From a virus: 64,000 nucleotides of DNA. Position numbers and translations under genes: made by a program. The DNA lies in IMG/VR virus record IMGVR_UViG_3300021091_000027, positions 32,001 through 96,000 of that record. One strand, 5' to 3'. Of the stretch, positions 9,235-20,156 are shown one piece after another (the first letter of the stretch is position 1; the number at the start of each line of letters is the position of its first letter). The notes under the pieces are model-generated. The model saw nothing but the letters and a program-made list of their open reading frames with translations. It was not told the origin of the DNA and made no database searches.

Positions 9235-11486
9235 CGCAAATGATCATTCAATCGTGGCAGAACATCCTAGACTCAATTAGAAACGGCGAACCAGTAACCG
9301 CAGAGGTTGCCAATCGCGCCATATTTCAACTTGCTCAAAGAACTGAGCACCTCAAGACTCGTCAGGATGCGCAAGATTACGCCCAGGCACTATTCGTAGC
9401 AGACGCTCCGTTCACCGCAGATGTCAAAACCGGTCATGCGGTGTACTTTGACAAGATCTCAAACAAATTTGCGCCAGCGTATGCCGAGATGGTATATAAA
9501 GATGGTTACCTATCCTTAAGCGAAGCAAGCGCAGTGGTCGGCCTCGTCGTTAACAAGGATACTGCGGACTCAGGTGTAATAGTCGTTGAGGGTCTGATTG
9601 ATCCGACTAAGTATACCGGCATAGACTGCACCGGCGACGACATGACGGCAAATATGCTGGTAAATCAGAACGACAGGGGTCTGCTATATCTGTCCTCCGG
9701 ATTTGCAAATGCCGGATCCCTGATACCAAAACCTGGAGTGCTCAACGTTCCAGTATGCCATCTTTTTGACTCAAAGCATCTTTTGGTCAGACCTCCAGTA
9801 TCGTCTGCCCTTGAGACACAGGCTCTTAAATTCAATCTACATAGCGGACCCGCAACGCCAGAGCTTATACTGCAGAGAGTGTCGGGGTCGACAACAGAGA
9901 ACTTTGCATCTGCGCCGTTCTTAGTTGGAGCAAAGGTGCGATTGGTGTCCGTCCCTTCAAGCAATCCTGACGGAGCTATTATAGACACCTATTTAACCGC
10001 AACGGTGCACAAGATCGACCTTACCCCTGGTAAGATATCGCTGATAGATGTTAAGGTCTCAAAGCATCTGGTGGAATTGCTTGGATCCACAAATCCCCTA
10101 ATAGGCAATTACTCCTCTGTGATGAAAGCTCCATCGGGAAGGGAGCTGGTCTTAAAGCCTATGGATTCGCTGACAGGAACCCAAATAAGCTACAACTCAG
10201 CCTCCATTTCCTCATACGTATCCGTAATCCTAAACGAACCTATTGGACACTCCATAAATACAACCTACGTGGACAAGAGTCTTCCAGGATGGTTGCCGGC
10301 AACTTCTACCTACTTTCCTGACGTTCAGATACCTGCAGGAGCAAGATATGGATACAACTTTGCAGCCGACAGCAACCTGAATCAGCTTTTTCCAGAAGGC
10401 GTAGTTGGAACTTACGTAGTTTTCAAGGATGGCCAAGCTGTATCCTCCCAAGTAGTCAGCACCAACAGCAACGCTATTTGGTGGTTTGACAGCTTCAACG
10501 AACTCCCTTGGGGCAAGTTAGGATACTCCCCCAATGATAGACATATACTGCCAAACACCAACATAACCTACACTGATTGGACTCTAGATGACGCTTCGGG
10601 CATCATAAAGCCCACCCAACTTACTCTGGTGTATACAAAACTGGTAAGCGGCGGGATCAGGGTAGTGACATCGTTAGAGGCCGATACGAATTCTCCTATA
10701 ACAATTACTGATCCTAACGGCAATCCGGCTACAACGGGACCGCTAAAGTTAAGTGCAGGACTCACTATAACTAACCCTTCAAATTCAGAAACAGGGGCCA
10801 TAGTTGTAAAAGACATAACTGGGTTTGCCATGAAGCGTGGGCCAGTGGTGGAAAAACTAGTGGCAGGAGAAAATATATCTCTGAATTCAAGTCTTCCAAA
10901 TGGCCAGGGGGCGGTCACTGTTTCCGTATTAGGGCTCGATGGAAAACTAGAAGGTCAGCCTGATATTCTTGCTATAGACGACATACTAGTCGAAAAGGAT
11001 GCAAGTTTGCCTCTTTTTTATTCAGCAATGCCTCCAGGTAAGGATTCATGTATACTCGGTAAGGTAGATATTCCGGAATTTTTACAGGGCACCTATAAAT
11101 TAAAATTAATTTTTAACTTTATAGCTTTGCACCCCGCCCCGAACGCCGAGCAACTACCTTCATTGGCCTTAACTTGGATTTCAATGAAAGCGCCGCCGAT
11201 CGATGAAGTATACAATTTATCAAGTGGTCCAAATGTTCCGGTTTATGGAGAATACGCGGATCCCGATACCCACTATACCGGCATGCCTCCATTTATTGGA
11301 ATGGCATCTAATAGAGATAACTTTAGAAAAGAAGCAGCTACAGCTTCAGTCACTGCCGGAGGAACGGTATTCTTTAAATTGGCAAGATATAGTTTAAATA
11401 TAGAAGCAGAGTCTGACCCTCCTTACCCTTATAAAATTGGCATAGTGTCAATCAAATATAGACTTGAAAAAGTTGTTGTTGTTTGA
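9231..11486 (+). CDS. Putative tail fibre/baseplate structural protein
   Basis: 751 aa; N-terminal GEPVTAEVANRAIFQLAQRTEHLK typical of fibre N-termini; beta-rich remainder. Confidence 0.6.
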   Translation: MTQMIIQSWQNILDSIRNGEPVTAEVANRAIFQLAQRTEHLKTRQDAQDYAQALFVADAPFTADVKTGHAVYFDKISNKFAPAYAEMVYKDGYLSLSEASAVVGLVVNKDTADSGVIVVEGLIDPTKYTGIDCTGDDMTANMLVNQNDRGLLYLSSGFANAGSLIPKPGVLNVPVCHLFDSKHLLVRPPVSSALETQALKFNLHSGPATPELILQRVSGSTTENFASAPFLVGAKVRLVSVPSSNPDGAIIDTYLTATVHKIDLTPGKISLIDVKVSKHLVELLGSTNPLIGNYSSVMKAPSGRELVLKPMDSLTGTQISYNSASISSYVSVILNEPIGHSINTTYVDKSLPGWLPATSTYFPDVQIPAGARYGYNFAADSNLNQLFPEGVVGTYVVFKDGQAVSSQVVSTNSNAIWWFDSFNELPWGKLGYSPNDRHILPNTNITYTDWTLDDASGIIKPTQLTLVYTKLVSGGIRVVTSLEADTNSPITITDPNGNPATTGPLKLSAGLTITNPSNSETGAIVVKDITGFAMKRGPVVEKLVAGENISLNSSLPNGQGAVTVSVLGLDGKLEGQPDILAIDDILVEKDASLPLFYSAMPPGKDSCILGKVDIPEFLQGTYKLKLIFNFIALHPAPNAEQLPSLALTWISMKAPPIDEVYNLSSGPNVPVYGEYADPDTHYTGMPPFIGMASNRDNFRKEAATASVTAGGTVFFKLARYSLNIEAESDPPYPYKIGIVSIKYRLEKVVVV

Positions 11487-11545
11487 TTAATTTGATATAC
11501 ACTGAGCTTTTAGTACACTAGACTTTTTGGCTAGGAGGCTATTAT

Positions 11546-12484
11546 ATGTCTGGAATTATAGGAACTGAATGGCTGAACTCTAATTTGCTGAGAAACTATC
11601 CTCTCAGCCAGTCTGCCACATTAAAATCAATAGATAGTTCGTTTGTCATTCCCGATAGCCTTATGGTAGATATGAAAATCGCCATACCGTTTTTAGCTAA
11701 CTTTCACCCAACAAATGTCTACGTTAGCGCCATAACCATATACCCGCAGGGACTTATAATTCAGTTAGGGTATAAAGACATTACCTCTATCGCTGTATCA
11801 GATCCTATTCTTTTCTCGGGATTTCAAGAATATTCAGCCACTTATTTCAGAGGAGTGGTAAGCGGATTGGCAGACTTTTCTCAACTTTTTGGTACAGCTA
11901 TTATTGGAAAAGTAGATTCCATAAAATCCTATCTTGGCACGTTTAAATTCGAATTGGAGGCAGGGAGATTAGAATCATCCGTAGTATCAGTTGGAGCCAA
12001 AAGAATAAGTGGAATCAAGGTAGTAAAGTCTGAGGCAACTACTCCGGTGCTCTCCGGACAAATTGCTTTTGAGAGCGGCTCAAACCACTCAATTCAGGTA
12101 GATGAAAACACCTTGAAGTTTAATGCAGTAGACGGAGGAGGGCTGCAGACACAGTGTGAGTGCAACGACGTACAGCTAGGACCGTGTATACGCACGATAA
12201 ATAATGTTGAAGGCGATTCTTTGGGTAACATAGTGGTAGCCGCCGGAGACTGCATATCAATAGCCAGTCAAATAGGCGGAATATCTATATCCGATTCATG
12301 CGCAAAACCTTGCTGTGGCTGTAACGAACTGCAAGTCGTAGTCACCGATGTCGAGTCGCTATCTACTCAACTATCTTTTCTTGCTAATCAAATAGCTATA
12401 CTGACCAGTAGTGTTCAGTCGCTGCAGGCTACTTGCCTGGCATCAAATGTAGATTCGTCAAGTTGCGCTCAAGACGGAAACTAA
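11546..12484 (+). CDS. Cys-containing structural protein, paralog family member 1
   Basis: AGGAGG SD; EWLNSNLLRNYPL, RTINNVEGD..GNI, CAKPCCGC, then a coiled coil. Confidence 0.65.
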   Translation: MSGIIGTEWLNSNLLRNYPLSQSATLKSIDSSFVIPDSLMVDMKIAIPFLANFHPTNVYVSAITIYPQGLIIQLGYKDITSIAVSDPILFSGFQEYSATYFRGVVSGLADFSQLFGTAIIGKVDSIKSYLGTFKFELEAGRLESSVVSVGAKRISGIKVVKSEATTPVLSGQIAFESGSNHSIQVDENTLKFNAVDGGGLQTQCECNDVQLGPCIRTINNVEGDSLGNIVVAAGDCISIASQIGGISISDSCAKPCCGCNELQVVVTDVESLSTQLSFLANQIAILTSSVQSLQATCLASNVDSSSCAQDGN

Positions 12485-12485
12485 A

Positions 12486-15400
12486 ATGCGCATAGATAAT
12501 TATAATAGTACCAAACACGATATTTATACGTTTGATGAGACCTACCTGAGACTCATTAGCTGGGGGTTTGGCTCAGGTCCCATAATCCCTTGCGTTACAA
12601 CAGAGTATTCGTCTTATGTAAATTCCAGCGGTCAGACAATTCCAATTCCTCCCGGGGGGCCACTTCCTGATGGATTCATATTTAGACAGCACGCTCCAGT
12701 AATTGGGTATAACCCCGGAATGGTCTCTTTCCTGCAGTCAAGGGGAGTTGACGTACCTGATTTCAGCGGACTGCATGTTAGAAATAGAGGGTCAAATCTC
12801 AATAGGTTTGCGTTCAGATCTGATAGCGGCTTCATACAGGGTGAACCTTTCTGGATCCTTGCCGATAATGGAAACATTCAGAATCCGACTAACGGAATGT
12901 ATGCCGAAAATCCTATTTTTAATCCCCTTGATCACAACAATTGGAACAATGGGGTGCCGCCATTCTGCATGGTGTCTCCGAAGCACTTTCTTGGATGTAA
13001 CCACTTTGTAGGACCTGAAAATAATACAAATCAAACTATACGACTTTTAAAAAAAAATGGTGACATAGTTAATAGGGAAGGTCAATTCATATCTAGATAT
13101 GAGGATGCTAATTTATATAGACTGCTAATTCCACTTACTGAGGAAGAGCAACAACAAATTAATTGCTACGATATAGTTGACTTTAGAACTATTCCCCCTG
13201 AAGTAAAAATTTGGAGACAAGATTCAAACGGTAAATATTTAGTATATACTGTTACTCAAGGTAGCAGTTACTATTCGTCGTCTGGTTTCTCTGGATATTC
13301 GCCTATATTATATAGGCCATATCAAGACCATTCTGGAGAATTTCCAGTTCCCTGGAACCCGCCAAATACACCTTCATGGTATTCAGGTTTAGGTTTTGTT
13401 TGGAATGGTGACAGCGGAAGCCCGCTACTGCTTACTGCAAATGGAAAAACTTATTTATATGGCTTTAGTAATGGCATTATTGACTCCTTTGCCAAAAATA
13501 CTCCGCAAACTGATTGGCTATTAGGAGCGTTGGAGCAAGACGGGGTGGTAAAAAAGCTTGTAAATGCTGAAGAAGGTGGCCAGCTTATTAAATTACCTAC
13601 AGCCTATAAGGCTGGATTTTTAGAGGAAGCAGAATCTAGCGGTCTTCCATTTATAGTTAAAAATCCAAATGGAAATCCCGCTATAGTAAGTGTAAAACTT
13701 TCTGGAGAGTACAACGTATACCCCGGAGAACAGGTTTATCTTAACGACATAGAGATATCTAGTATCTTTAACACTTCAATAGATACGTCTTCTACTGAAG
13801 AAGGTTTGGTCTTTTATATACTTACATGCAACGTATACGCTGGCGATAGATTATTGATAAGTAAATCAGACTTTCAATCATCAGGAGCTTACACGGCAAA
13901 GATTGTAAATATTGGAAAATACAATCACCTTCAACTGAATATAGACGAAGGAAGGCTGGCATTGACAATAGTGTTTTTAAGTGTGCCGACGCTTGTTGAT
14001 TTTAGTCCAACAGATAACTTTCCGCTATCTCCCTTTTGCCTGGAACCTTACACTGGACAGGTATCGCTAAATTTACAAGATCGCAATATATCTACAGGAT
14101 TGTTAACTTTTTCTTCAGGATACAACTATCAATTAGATTATAAATCTGAAAATTTCACAGCAGTGAATTTTGCCGTATCAATAGGGGCTGGAGAGGGGCT
14201 GCAGCCTTGCGAAGATCTTATAGACGTACCTGGCTACCTTAGATCTATAAATGGAGTATCGCCAAACGATAGGGGCGATATAAAGTTGCAAGCCCCTTCG
14301 GAAGATTGTGTCAGTGTTGATACGGGGTACTCTGCTACGTCAGGAGGCAAAATAAAACTTGATTCTCACTGCGCCCCTTGCTGCAGATGCACCGACTATG
14401 AGAATTCATCGGACTACATAAAAGGCGTAGCGGTAAAGTACAGCGAGCTCGTAAAGCAATATAACGCTCTTGTATCCATTTATAATAATGTTCAAACTAA
14501 TTTTGAAGATAGTTTACGCTCCTGTCCAACTCAAGGAAAGCTGAATTCCAGATTTAGAATGTGGCCTCAGCAGAACTTTAAAGTTCAAGTGCAGGCCATG
14601 GTAGAAAATAATACTAATACGCCAACGATAATCAAGAAACTTAAACTTGAGTTAAGTTTAAGCCTTTACAATCCAATATCGGCGGTAGATCCGGAAACAA
14701 ATGCTACGTATCAGATGGATGAAAATGATTCTGTGGCCGCAGTACCGCTTGAGGATGCGTCGTATTTGTACTACAAGAATCTGAATCCAGTATCGCAGGG
14801 CTTCACATTTAGCGTACCGAACTCTGGATCACTTAAATTCGAGGCCGATTTGACTCAATCTGGAATGCCTGTTCCTGGCGGACCCCCAGGGCAAAGTCCT
14901 TATATAACTCCGCCATGTAGCGGGTATGCCATGATAACTGGTGGCTTTGTTATAGTTGATCCTCTGTTTAGAAAGATAGTATCGCTTAATTACAGATCAG
15001 GACTTAACATAAAATTAAATATACTATTTAAATACACTGGAACGGCTCAAGATGAGGATCCATGTAATAATCCGGACGAAGCGGAACATTTGCTAGTTCC
15101 AGCGGGAGGAGTGGAAAAGTCCATAACAATACGGCCTAATAAAAGTTCGGTTAATCCATGCGATTCAATACAGCCTAGCACAATAGCTCAATCTGTAAAT
15201 GAAGAAAATAATATTTTATTTAATTTAAACTTACCTCAAGTAACCTATGGTACCGGCCAGGTAACGATCACCTATAAATCCTTGACAGATGCAGGCTGGC
15301 AAGAGTTTTCCTCGTCTACTGTTAATATAAGTACCGGAAACGCAGGAACTCAGACAATTTCTTTAGGAGGCCTTCCAGAGAACTTAGGAAGTGGAAATCA

Positions 15401-15533
15401 CCAGGTATTGATATCCTATGTACCTGAAGCTGGTGCTAGGCTGTACACAAAGTGCGTGAGATCAGACGATTCAAATGATGTGGCGGAAATACCTGTAGCT
15501 CCATTTCAGGTAGGCAAAGCCTTTAATTTGTAA
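12486..15533 (+). CDS. Large structural protein with trypsin-like serine protease domain, paralog family member 2
   Basis: SPKHFLGCNHF (His), EDANLYRL (Asp), NGDSGSPLL (Ser); later RSINGVSPNDRGDI, HCAPCCRC, coiled coil. Confidence 0.75.
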   Translation: MRIDNYNSTKHDIYTFDETYLRLISWGFGSGPIIPCVTTEYSSYVNSSGQTIPIPPGGPLPDGFIFRQHAPVIGYNPGMVSFLQSRGVDVPDFSGLHVRNRGSNLNRFAFRSDSGFIQGEPFWILADNGNIQNPTNGMYAENPIFNPLDHNNWNNGVPPFCMVSPKHFLGCNHFVGPENNTNQTIRLLKKNGDIVNREGQFISRYEDANLYRLLIPLTEEEQQQINCYDIVDFRTIPPEVKIWRQDSNGKYLVYTVTQGSSYYSSSGFSGYSPILYRPYQDHSGEFPVPWNPPNTPSWYSGLGFVWNGDSGSPLLLTANGKTYLYGFSNGIIDSFAKNTPQTDWLLGALEQDGVVKKLVNAEEGGQLIKLPTAYKAGFLEEAESSGLPFIVKNPNGNPAIVSVKLSGEYNVYPGEQVYLNDIEISSIFNTSIDTSSTEEGLVFYILTCNVYAGDRLLISKSDFQSSGAYTAKIVNIGKYNHLQLNIDEGRLALTIVFLSVPTLVDFSPTDNFPLSPFCLEPYTGQVSLNLQDRNISTGLLTFSSGYNYQLDYKSENFTAVNFAVSIGAGEGLQPCEDLIDVPGYLRSINGVSPNDRGDIKLQAPSEDCVSVDTGYSATSGGKIKLDSHCAPCCRCTDYENSSDYIKGVAVKYSELVKQYNALVSIYNNVQTNFEDSLRSCPTQGKLNSRFRMWPQQNFKVQVQAMVENNTNTPTIIKKLKLELSLSLYNPISAVDPETNATYQMDENDSVAAVPLEDASYLYYKNLNPVSQGFTFSVPNSGSLKFEADLTQSGMPVPGGPPGQSPYITPPCSGYAMITGGFVIVDPLFRKIVSLNYRSGLNIKLNILFKYTGTAQDEDPCNNPDEAEHLLVPAGGVEKSITIRPNKSSVNPCDSIQPSTIAQSVNEENNILFNLNLPQVTYGTGQVTITYKSLTDAGWQEFSSSTVNISTGNAGTQTISLGGLPENLGSGNHQVLISYVPEAGARLYTKCVRSDDSNDVAEIPVAPFQVGKAFNL

Positions 15534-15541
15534 GGAATCAT

Positions 15542-17101
15542 ATGAGAGTAGTAACCAGAGATTTTCTAAACGATAACGAGTTTAAATCGTATCCTATAGA
15601 TATAAGGGCTACCTACGAGCCCTATTACTCTACTGATAAAGTCTCCAGCATAAATTGTCTCCTTACGGATATGTCTATAACTATTCCGGAAAGTGCAGCG
15701 GCTTGCATATTTATAGCAAACATTTCAATAACCCGATCTCTAATATCTATGACTATAATGGGATCTAAGTCTCATCCCTTTTCCGATAATGCGCCGGATG
15801 CCGACGACTACTCCTTGGAGTACTCCATGCTTGGATCCTACGTTGTCGCCACTGTAGAAACTCGTAGACAAACAAATATGAATGGGGTTACCGTTGCTAT
15901 ATCTCCAAAAATTCCAGGAGTCGGTGGATGGATAACCTTTGGATCTGGGGCCTCTAAGGAAGGCGTTTGGATATTTCAAGGGCCTAGCAGTTCTATGATT
16001 TCAGATTTTTGCATAACCAAATACTCCTATGGAGGTGTGACCACTATTGGAAGATTGGGGTATGACACAGTTTTGGATGGCAGAGTCGAAATGACTGGGC
16101 AAAACGGAATTGAAATACAGCCGGATTCCGATAAGAATGAAATAATAATACGGTTCTCTGGAACATCCAACGAAATAAAACAATCCTTGAGACAATATTC
16201 AGGTGCATGTGGCGGCAGACCTGAATCTGAAACGTGCAGTTTCAGCCCCATAAAAACTATAAATGGGATAAGACCAGAAGGATTAAATTCTGAGATAGTG
16301 CTGGTATTGGATCGTCCACTTTATGCAACCATAACTAACCAGCAGACTGAAAGAGAGAATTTCAAGATATCCTCGGATATTCCATTGGAATCTTTCTGCA
16401 AGGGCAGAATATCCATACCTGAAAGTTGTGCCTCCTCTCAAAGTCTTACAAATATTTTAAAGCAGGCATTCAACGAGACTACAAGTCAGATAGTCCCCGA
16501 TCCATCCATAAAATTGGTATTTGAGGTTCATAGCACAGGGGCACATGTCTTTACTATATTCAATTATAGCCATCAAAATCCATTGAATGCAGGACAAGCC
16601 ATATTCAAGTCTAATGGCAGCGTCAATGTGTTGGGGGAGTCGCTGAATGAGTTGGTTATTGACATGGCTCTTGGAGAGTGGCAAATGTATGGGGTGTCCG
16701 GAGTAAGCATGACTTTATTCGGATCCCTACTGAATAATCTAAGAGCTTTCAAAGAAATTACATATCAGGGGATTACATATCAGGTGTATATTGGCATAGC
16801 TACGGTCTATGATCTGCAGGAAGTGTATGCCGTGGATGTAATTATATCTGCCCCAGACTCATTTGAGGAGGCTGGAAAATATGTTCGTATAGCACATTCT
16901 AGATATGTGCATTCAAATAATCCAGAATACTCCCTTGAATTGAGAGGAACTGGAAATTCTTGGATACTGTCTAAAAATGGAATGTTGTTAGGGGCTGGAA
17001 CGCTAGATGACCAAGGATTCGATTCTAAAGTTCAGTCATACGTTCGTACCAATGGCGAGTCTGCGATAAGAAGTTTGGCTATTAGGAAGGCTGCAGAATG
17101 A
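15542..17101 (+). CDS. Structural protein, paralog family member 3
   Basis: DFLNDNEFKSYPI, CGGRPESETC, KTINGIRP; AAGGA SD. Confidence 0.65.
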   Translation: MRVVTRDFLNDNEFKSYPIDIRATYEPYYSTDKVSSINCLLTDMSITIPESAAACIFIANISITRSLISMTIMGSKSHPFSDNAPDADDYSLEYSMLGSYVVATVETRRQTNMNGVTVAISPKIPGVGGWITFGSGASKEGVWIFQGPSSSMISDFCITKYSYGGVTTIGRLGYDTVLDGRVEMTGQNGIEIQPDSDKNEIIIRFSGTSNEIKQSLRQYSGACGGRPESETCSFSPIKTINGIRPEGLNSEIVLVLDRPLYATITNQQTERENFKISSDIPLESFCKGRISIPESCASSQSLTNILKQAFNETTSQIVPDPSIKLVFEVHSTGAHVFTIFNYSHQNPLNAGQAIFKSNGSVNVLGESLNELVIDMALGEWQMYGVSGVSMTLFGSLLNNLRAFKEITYQGITYQVYIGIATVYDLQEVYAVDVIISAPDSFEEAGKYVRIAHSRYVHSNNPEYSLELRGTGNSWILSKNGMLLGAGTLDDQGFDSKVQSYVRTNGESAIRSLAIRKAAE

Positions 17102-17973
17102 ATTCATTAAATAACTTAGGGTGGAGAAACCTTAATTCAATGAGGAATTACCCTTTCACCGATTCCTCAACTTTATCTATGAATAGTTTATTTCTGCCCC
17201 AAACATGGATACTGGATGCTAGAGTTTATTGCAACAACTCTTATGAAGCAACGGAGACTCCATATATATCTAAGATTATAAAGACAGAGCTATTAATATC
17301 ATTAGTTATATCTTCATCAAATGGCGAAGAGATCGGAGAAGCCAAAGTATTCTTAAATAAGACTGATGACTCAATTAAAATCGCAGATTCAAAAGGATTT
17401 ACAAATGGATGTATAGTTATAGATCCAAATAGTACAGCTTTGGCTCAAGCCTTGCCTGATGGTGAAACCGAATTAGTTCCATCAGTAGCTAGATTTTTAC
17501 CACATGTATGTCAATACTTGCCAGGTCCGCAAGTTCAAAGTATAAATGGAAAACATGGAAATATTGAATTAGTAGCAGAAGTTGGAGTAAAGCTTACTGC
17601 TGTTTCACATGAGAGCAGCTCATCCACCGAACATACGAGCACTATAAGAATAGATTTGATAGGAGATCCTCATTTTACTAGATATAACTGTATAACAGGC
17701 GCAAACGATCAGACAGATGACATATTTGAGTTAAGTTCAAGATTTTTGAAGAGATTAAAAGTTTTGCATTATGTAAAAAGTCCAAGTACCGGACAAATTA
17801 CTGGGCCGTATAAAAGTTCGCTAAAGAGGAAAAAGAACGGATCGATAATGCTGGCTCTATCCACTCCATTGAGCGATCCTAGCGGTACTACTGTTGAAAT
17901 AAGAGAAGCAAGACCTTCTTTTAGAATTCAAGTATCAGATAACAAAATAACTCTAAATTTAGCAGGTGCATAA
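17098..17973 (+). CDS. Structural protein, paralog family member 4
   Basis: GWRNLNSMRNYPF, VQSINGKHGNI. Confidence 0.65.
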   Translation: MNSLNNLGWRNLNSMRNYPFTDSSTLSMNSLFLPQTWILDARVYCNNSYEATETPYISKIIKTELLISLVISSSNGEEIGEAKVFLNKTDDSIKIADSKGFTNGCIVIDPNSTALAQALPDGETELVPSVARFLPHVCQYLPGPQVQSINGKHGNIELVAEVGVKLTAVSHESSSSTEHTSTIRIDLIGDPHFTRYNCITGANDQTDDIFELSSRFLKRLKVLHYVKSPSTGQITGPYKSSLKRKKNGSIMLALSTPLSDPSGTTVEIREARPSFRIQVSDNKITLNLAGA

Positions 17974-18944
17974 TGTATGAATATTTTAAGACAGTAAGCT
18001 ATCCATTAAAGGAATTTAACTCGGATTACTTTTCGGAGAATCAAAATGATGCTATAAAATCTACGATAGTAGATTTTGGCATCAATATATACGGTTTATC
18101 GCCAGAACTTGAAAATCTTATAATTGGGACACCTAGGATATTTTTAACAGAAATTGGATCCTCCGACTCCTATTCTTTAATACTTAAATTACAATTAATG
18201 ATAACAATCGACGACTTAGACTTCTCTTTAGCTGGCGGGGACTTATCAGTTTCTACAGATACTCACCCAGCAAATGAAGAATTTATTAGAGTTTATTTTG
18301 ATAGTGAGGACTTTGAATCGCCCGGCTTTATTATTGATGGATTTCTGTGCTTAAATAATTACTCAAAATTAATTAGAGTATTAGATGGAACAATCTTTAA
18401 TCCTCCAAATATGGAATTTGAGCCTACAACTATAAATTTCTTTTCTAGGCATAGGGTAAATAGTATAACTTGTAAAAACTCAAAGCCTCTAATAATGCAA
18501 AAAGCTAATGAGCTGATACACCAACCTCCACAGGATCCGGTATTTGGAGATATAAAGCTAGTGCCCGGAAATAATTGCACTATATCTGTGCGACCTCAAA
18601 CTAATACAGTAATTATAGGGGCAGTTTTAAATGCTAATGACACCCCCGAAGAAATCTGCGGAGTGTGGAAAGATAAAATTTCAGGTACAGGTTCAAAAGA
18701 TTTACTTTGTAGTGAAGTTGTGTATTCTATAGCTGGCGCAAAGCCAGATAATTTTGGCAATATTGAAATACAGGCAAATACGCCTCTTAGTGTTAACGCT
18801 TTAGTAAAAGATGATTTACCAACTCCATTTAAAACTTTTATAAACGGATCTAGTTCAGAGTTTTCCCCTATAATACACTATATATACATAGGGCTCCCCC
18901 AATCTAATGGGAATTCAAGTGTATTTGATTGTCAAACGGAGTAA
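17973..18944 (+). CDS. Structural protein, paralog family member 5
   Basis: YFKTVSYPL, GDIKLVPGNNC, YSIAGAKPDNFGNI. Confidence 0.6.
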   Translation: MYEYFKTVSYPLKEFNSDYFSENQNDAIKSTIVDFGINIYGLSPELENLIIGTPRIFLTEIGSSDSYSLILKLQLMITIDDLDFSLAGGDLSVSTDTHPANEEFIRVYFDSEDFESPGFIIDGFLCLNNYSKLIRVLDGTIFNPPNMEFEPTTINFFSRHRVNSITCKNSKPLIMQKANELIHQPPQDPVFGDIKLVPGNNCTISVRPQTNTVIIGAVLNANDTPEEICGVWKDKISGTGSKDLLCSEVVYSIAGAKPDNFGNIEIQANTPLSVNALVKDDLPTPFKTFINGSSSEFSPIIHYIYIGLPQSNGNSSVFDCQTE

Positions 18945-18953
18945 CTAGTTCCA

Positions 18954-20156
18954 ATGCCACTAGCTCTAGACTCATGCGTACCAATTAATCCAGTAGTATC
19001 TGGGACAACCTGCGTGACTAACGGAGAAGTAAGTTGCGACACTGGAATTATTCCAATTAAAAAATGTGGACCCGATCCTAACAATCCTACAGCAGAAATA
19101 AAATGCGTAAATGACATAGTCAGAAGACCTTGGCCTACTCCGCCACCTGCTGAAATAGGCTGCAATCCTCTAACGGTAAATATTGAAAATACAGTACCAG
19201 ACGAAGACGACCCCGATCAGACAATGAGGTTGGAGGGTAGCGTCGGTTATATATCTGGGGATGCCTGTTTGCCAAAGGTTAATCTAAAGCTAGTGGCTCC
19301 GCCCAGCATACTTATTGGGGGCGGATCTCCGAACGTATACGGATCAGGATACAATCTAAATGGGATTTGTCATCCAGTAGGGCCAACAAGTGAAGCTGAA
19401 TTTAAGACTCCTCAGCAGTTTTTGGGTAATGAAAGAAATGCTCACTTGTTTACGCCCACTAGCAACTTTCAAGAAGCTCAAAGCCGTTGTCAAGATTCAT
19501 GCGATAGAAGAAGCCGATATGGAGCCAGTGCGGCAAGGTTTAATATTATTGGACCTTTCTTAGCATCAATAACTTCACGTCAGGCTATCGGGCAAACAAC
19601 AATACCTTATACAAATGAAAACGGGGAATCAGTAACTGAGGTCGTAGTTTTTGCCTGGAGGTATGGCTTCAATGCCGAGCAATGCGTAATTGCAGGAAAC
19701 GCATGTCAATATCCTTGTGCACCTACAAATAGCTGGGCACAATATCCTAGTGATCTTGAGTACATGCTGGCATTTAATATAAAAGAAAATTTGGAAAATC
19801 CCTACAGCTCTGGAGATAAGATATACGGAGTGGGGGTCAATCTCAGCGACATGCTTAGTAAAGGATACAGACCTCAACCAATAATGTTAGGGGCAATGGT
19901 TATGGTGTATGGCTATATAAGTTGGGGCACAAGTATTGAATATCAGAGCAGCGGATCAGGAACTACATCTGAGGCAGATCCAACTACCTGCGACTGTCCA
20001 GTGGTGTGGTTTATAGATGAACAGAATGCTTTTGATGGACAATGCCGAGAAAGCGAAACTTCTGATGCTGTCCAAGCACTATCTAATCTACCTCAAAGAA
20101 ACGTAACTTCTGCAGGTATGTTCTTCGGAGTAAACGACAATGCCAATAGAGTTTAA
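18954..20156 (+). CDS. Cys/Pro-rich hypothetical structural protein
   Basis: 400 aa with many dispersed Cys and Pro; within tail operon. Confidence 0.6.
   Translation: MPLALDSCVPINPVVSGTTCVTNGEVSCDTGIIPIKKCGPDPNNPTAEIKCVNDIVRRPWPTPPPAEIGCNPLTVNIENTVPDEDDPDQTMRLEGSVGYISGDACLPKVNLKLVAPPSILIGGGSPNVYGSGYNLNGICHPVGPTSEAEFKTPQQFLGNERNAHLFTPTSNFQEAQSRCQDSCDRRSRYGASAARFNIIGPFLASITSRQAIGQTTIPYTNENGESVTEVVVFAWRYGFNAEQCVIAGNACQYPCAPTNSWAQYPSDLEYMLAFNIKENLENPYSSGDKIYGVGVNLSDMLSKGYRPQPIMLGAMVMVYGYISWGTSIEYQSSGSGTTSEADPTTCDCPVVWFIDEQNAFDGQCRESETSDAVQALSNLPQRNVTSAGMFFGVNDNANRV

Noticed and set aside
1119-11486. Bacterial contractile injection system (eCIS/T6SS/tailocin)
   Set aside because: Linked terminase, full replisome and RNR indicate a genuine phage
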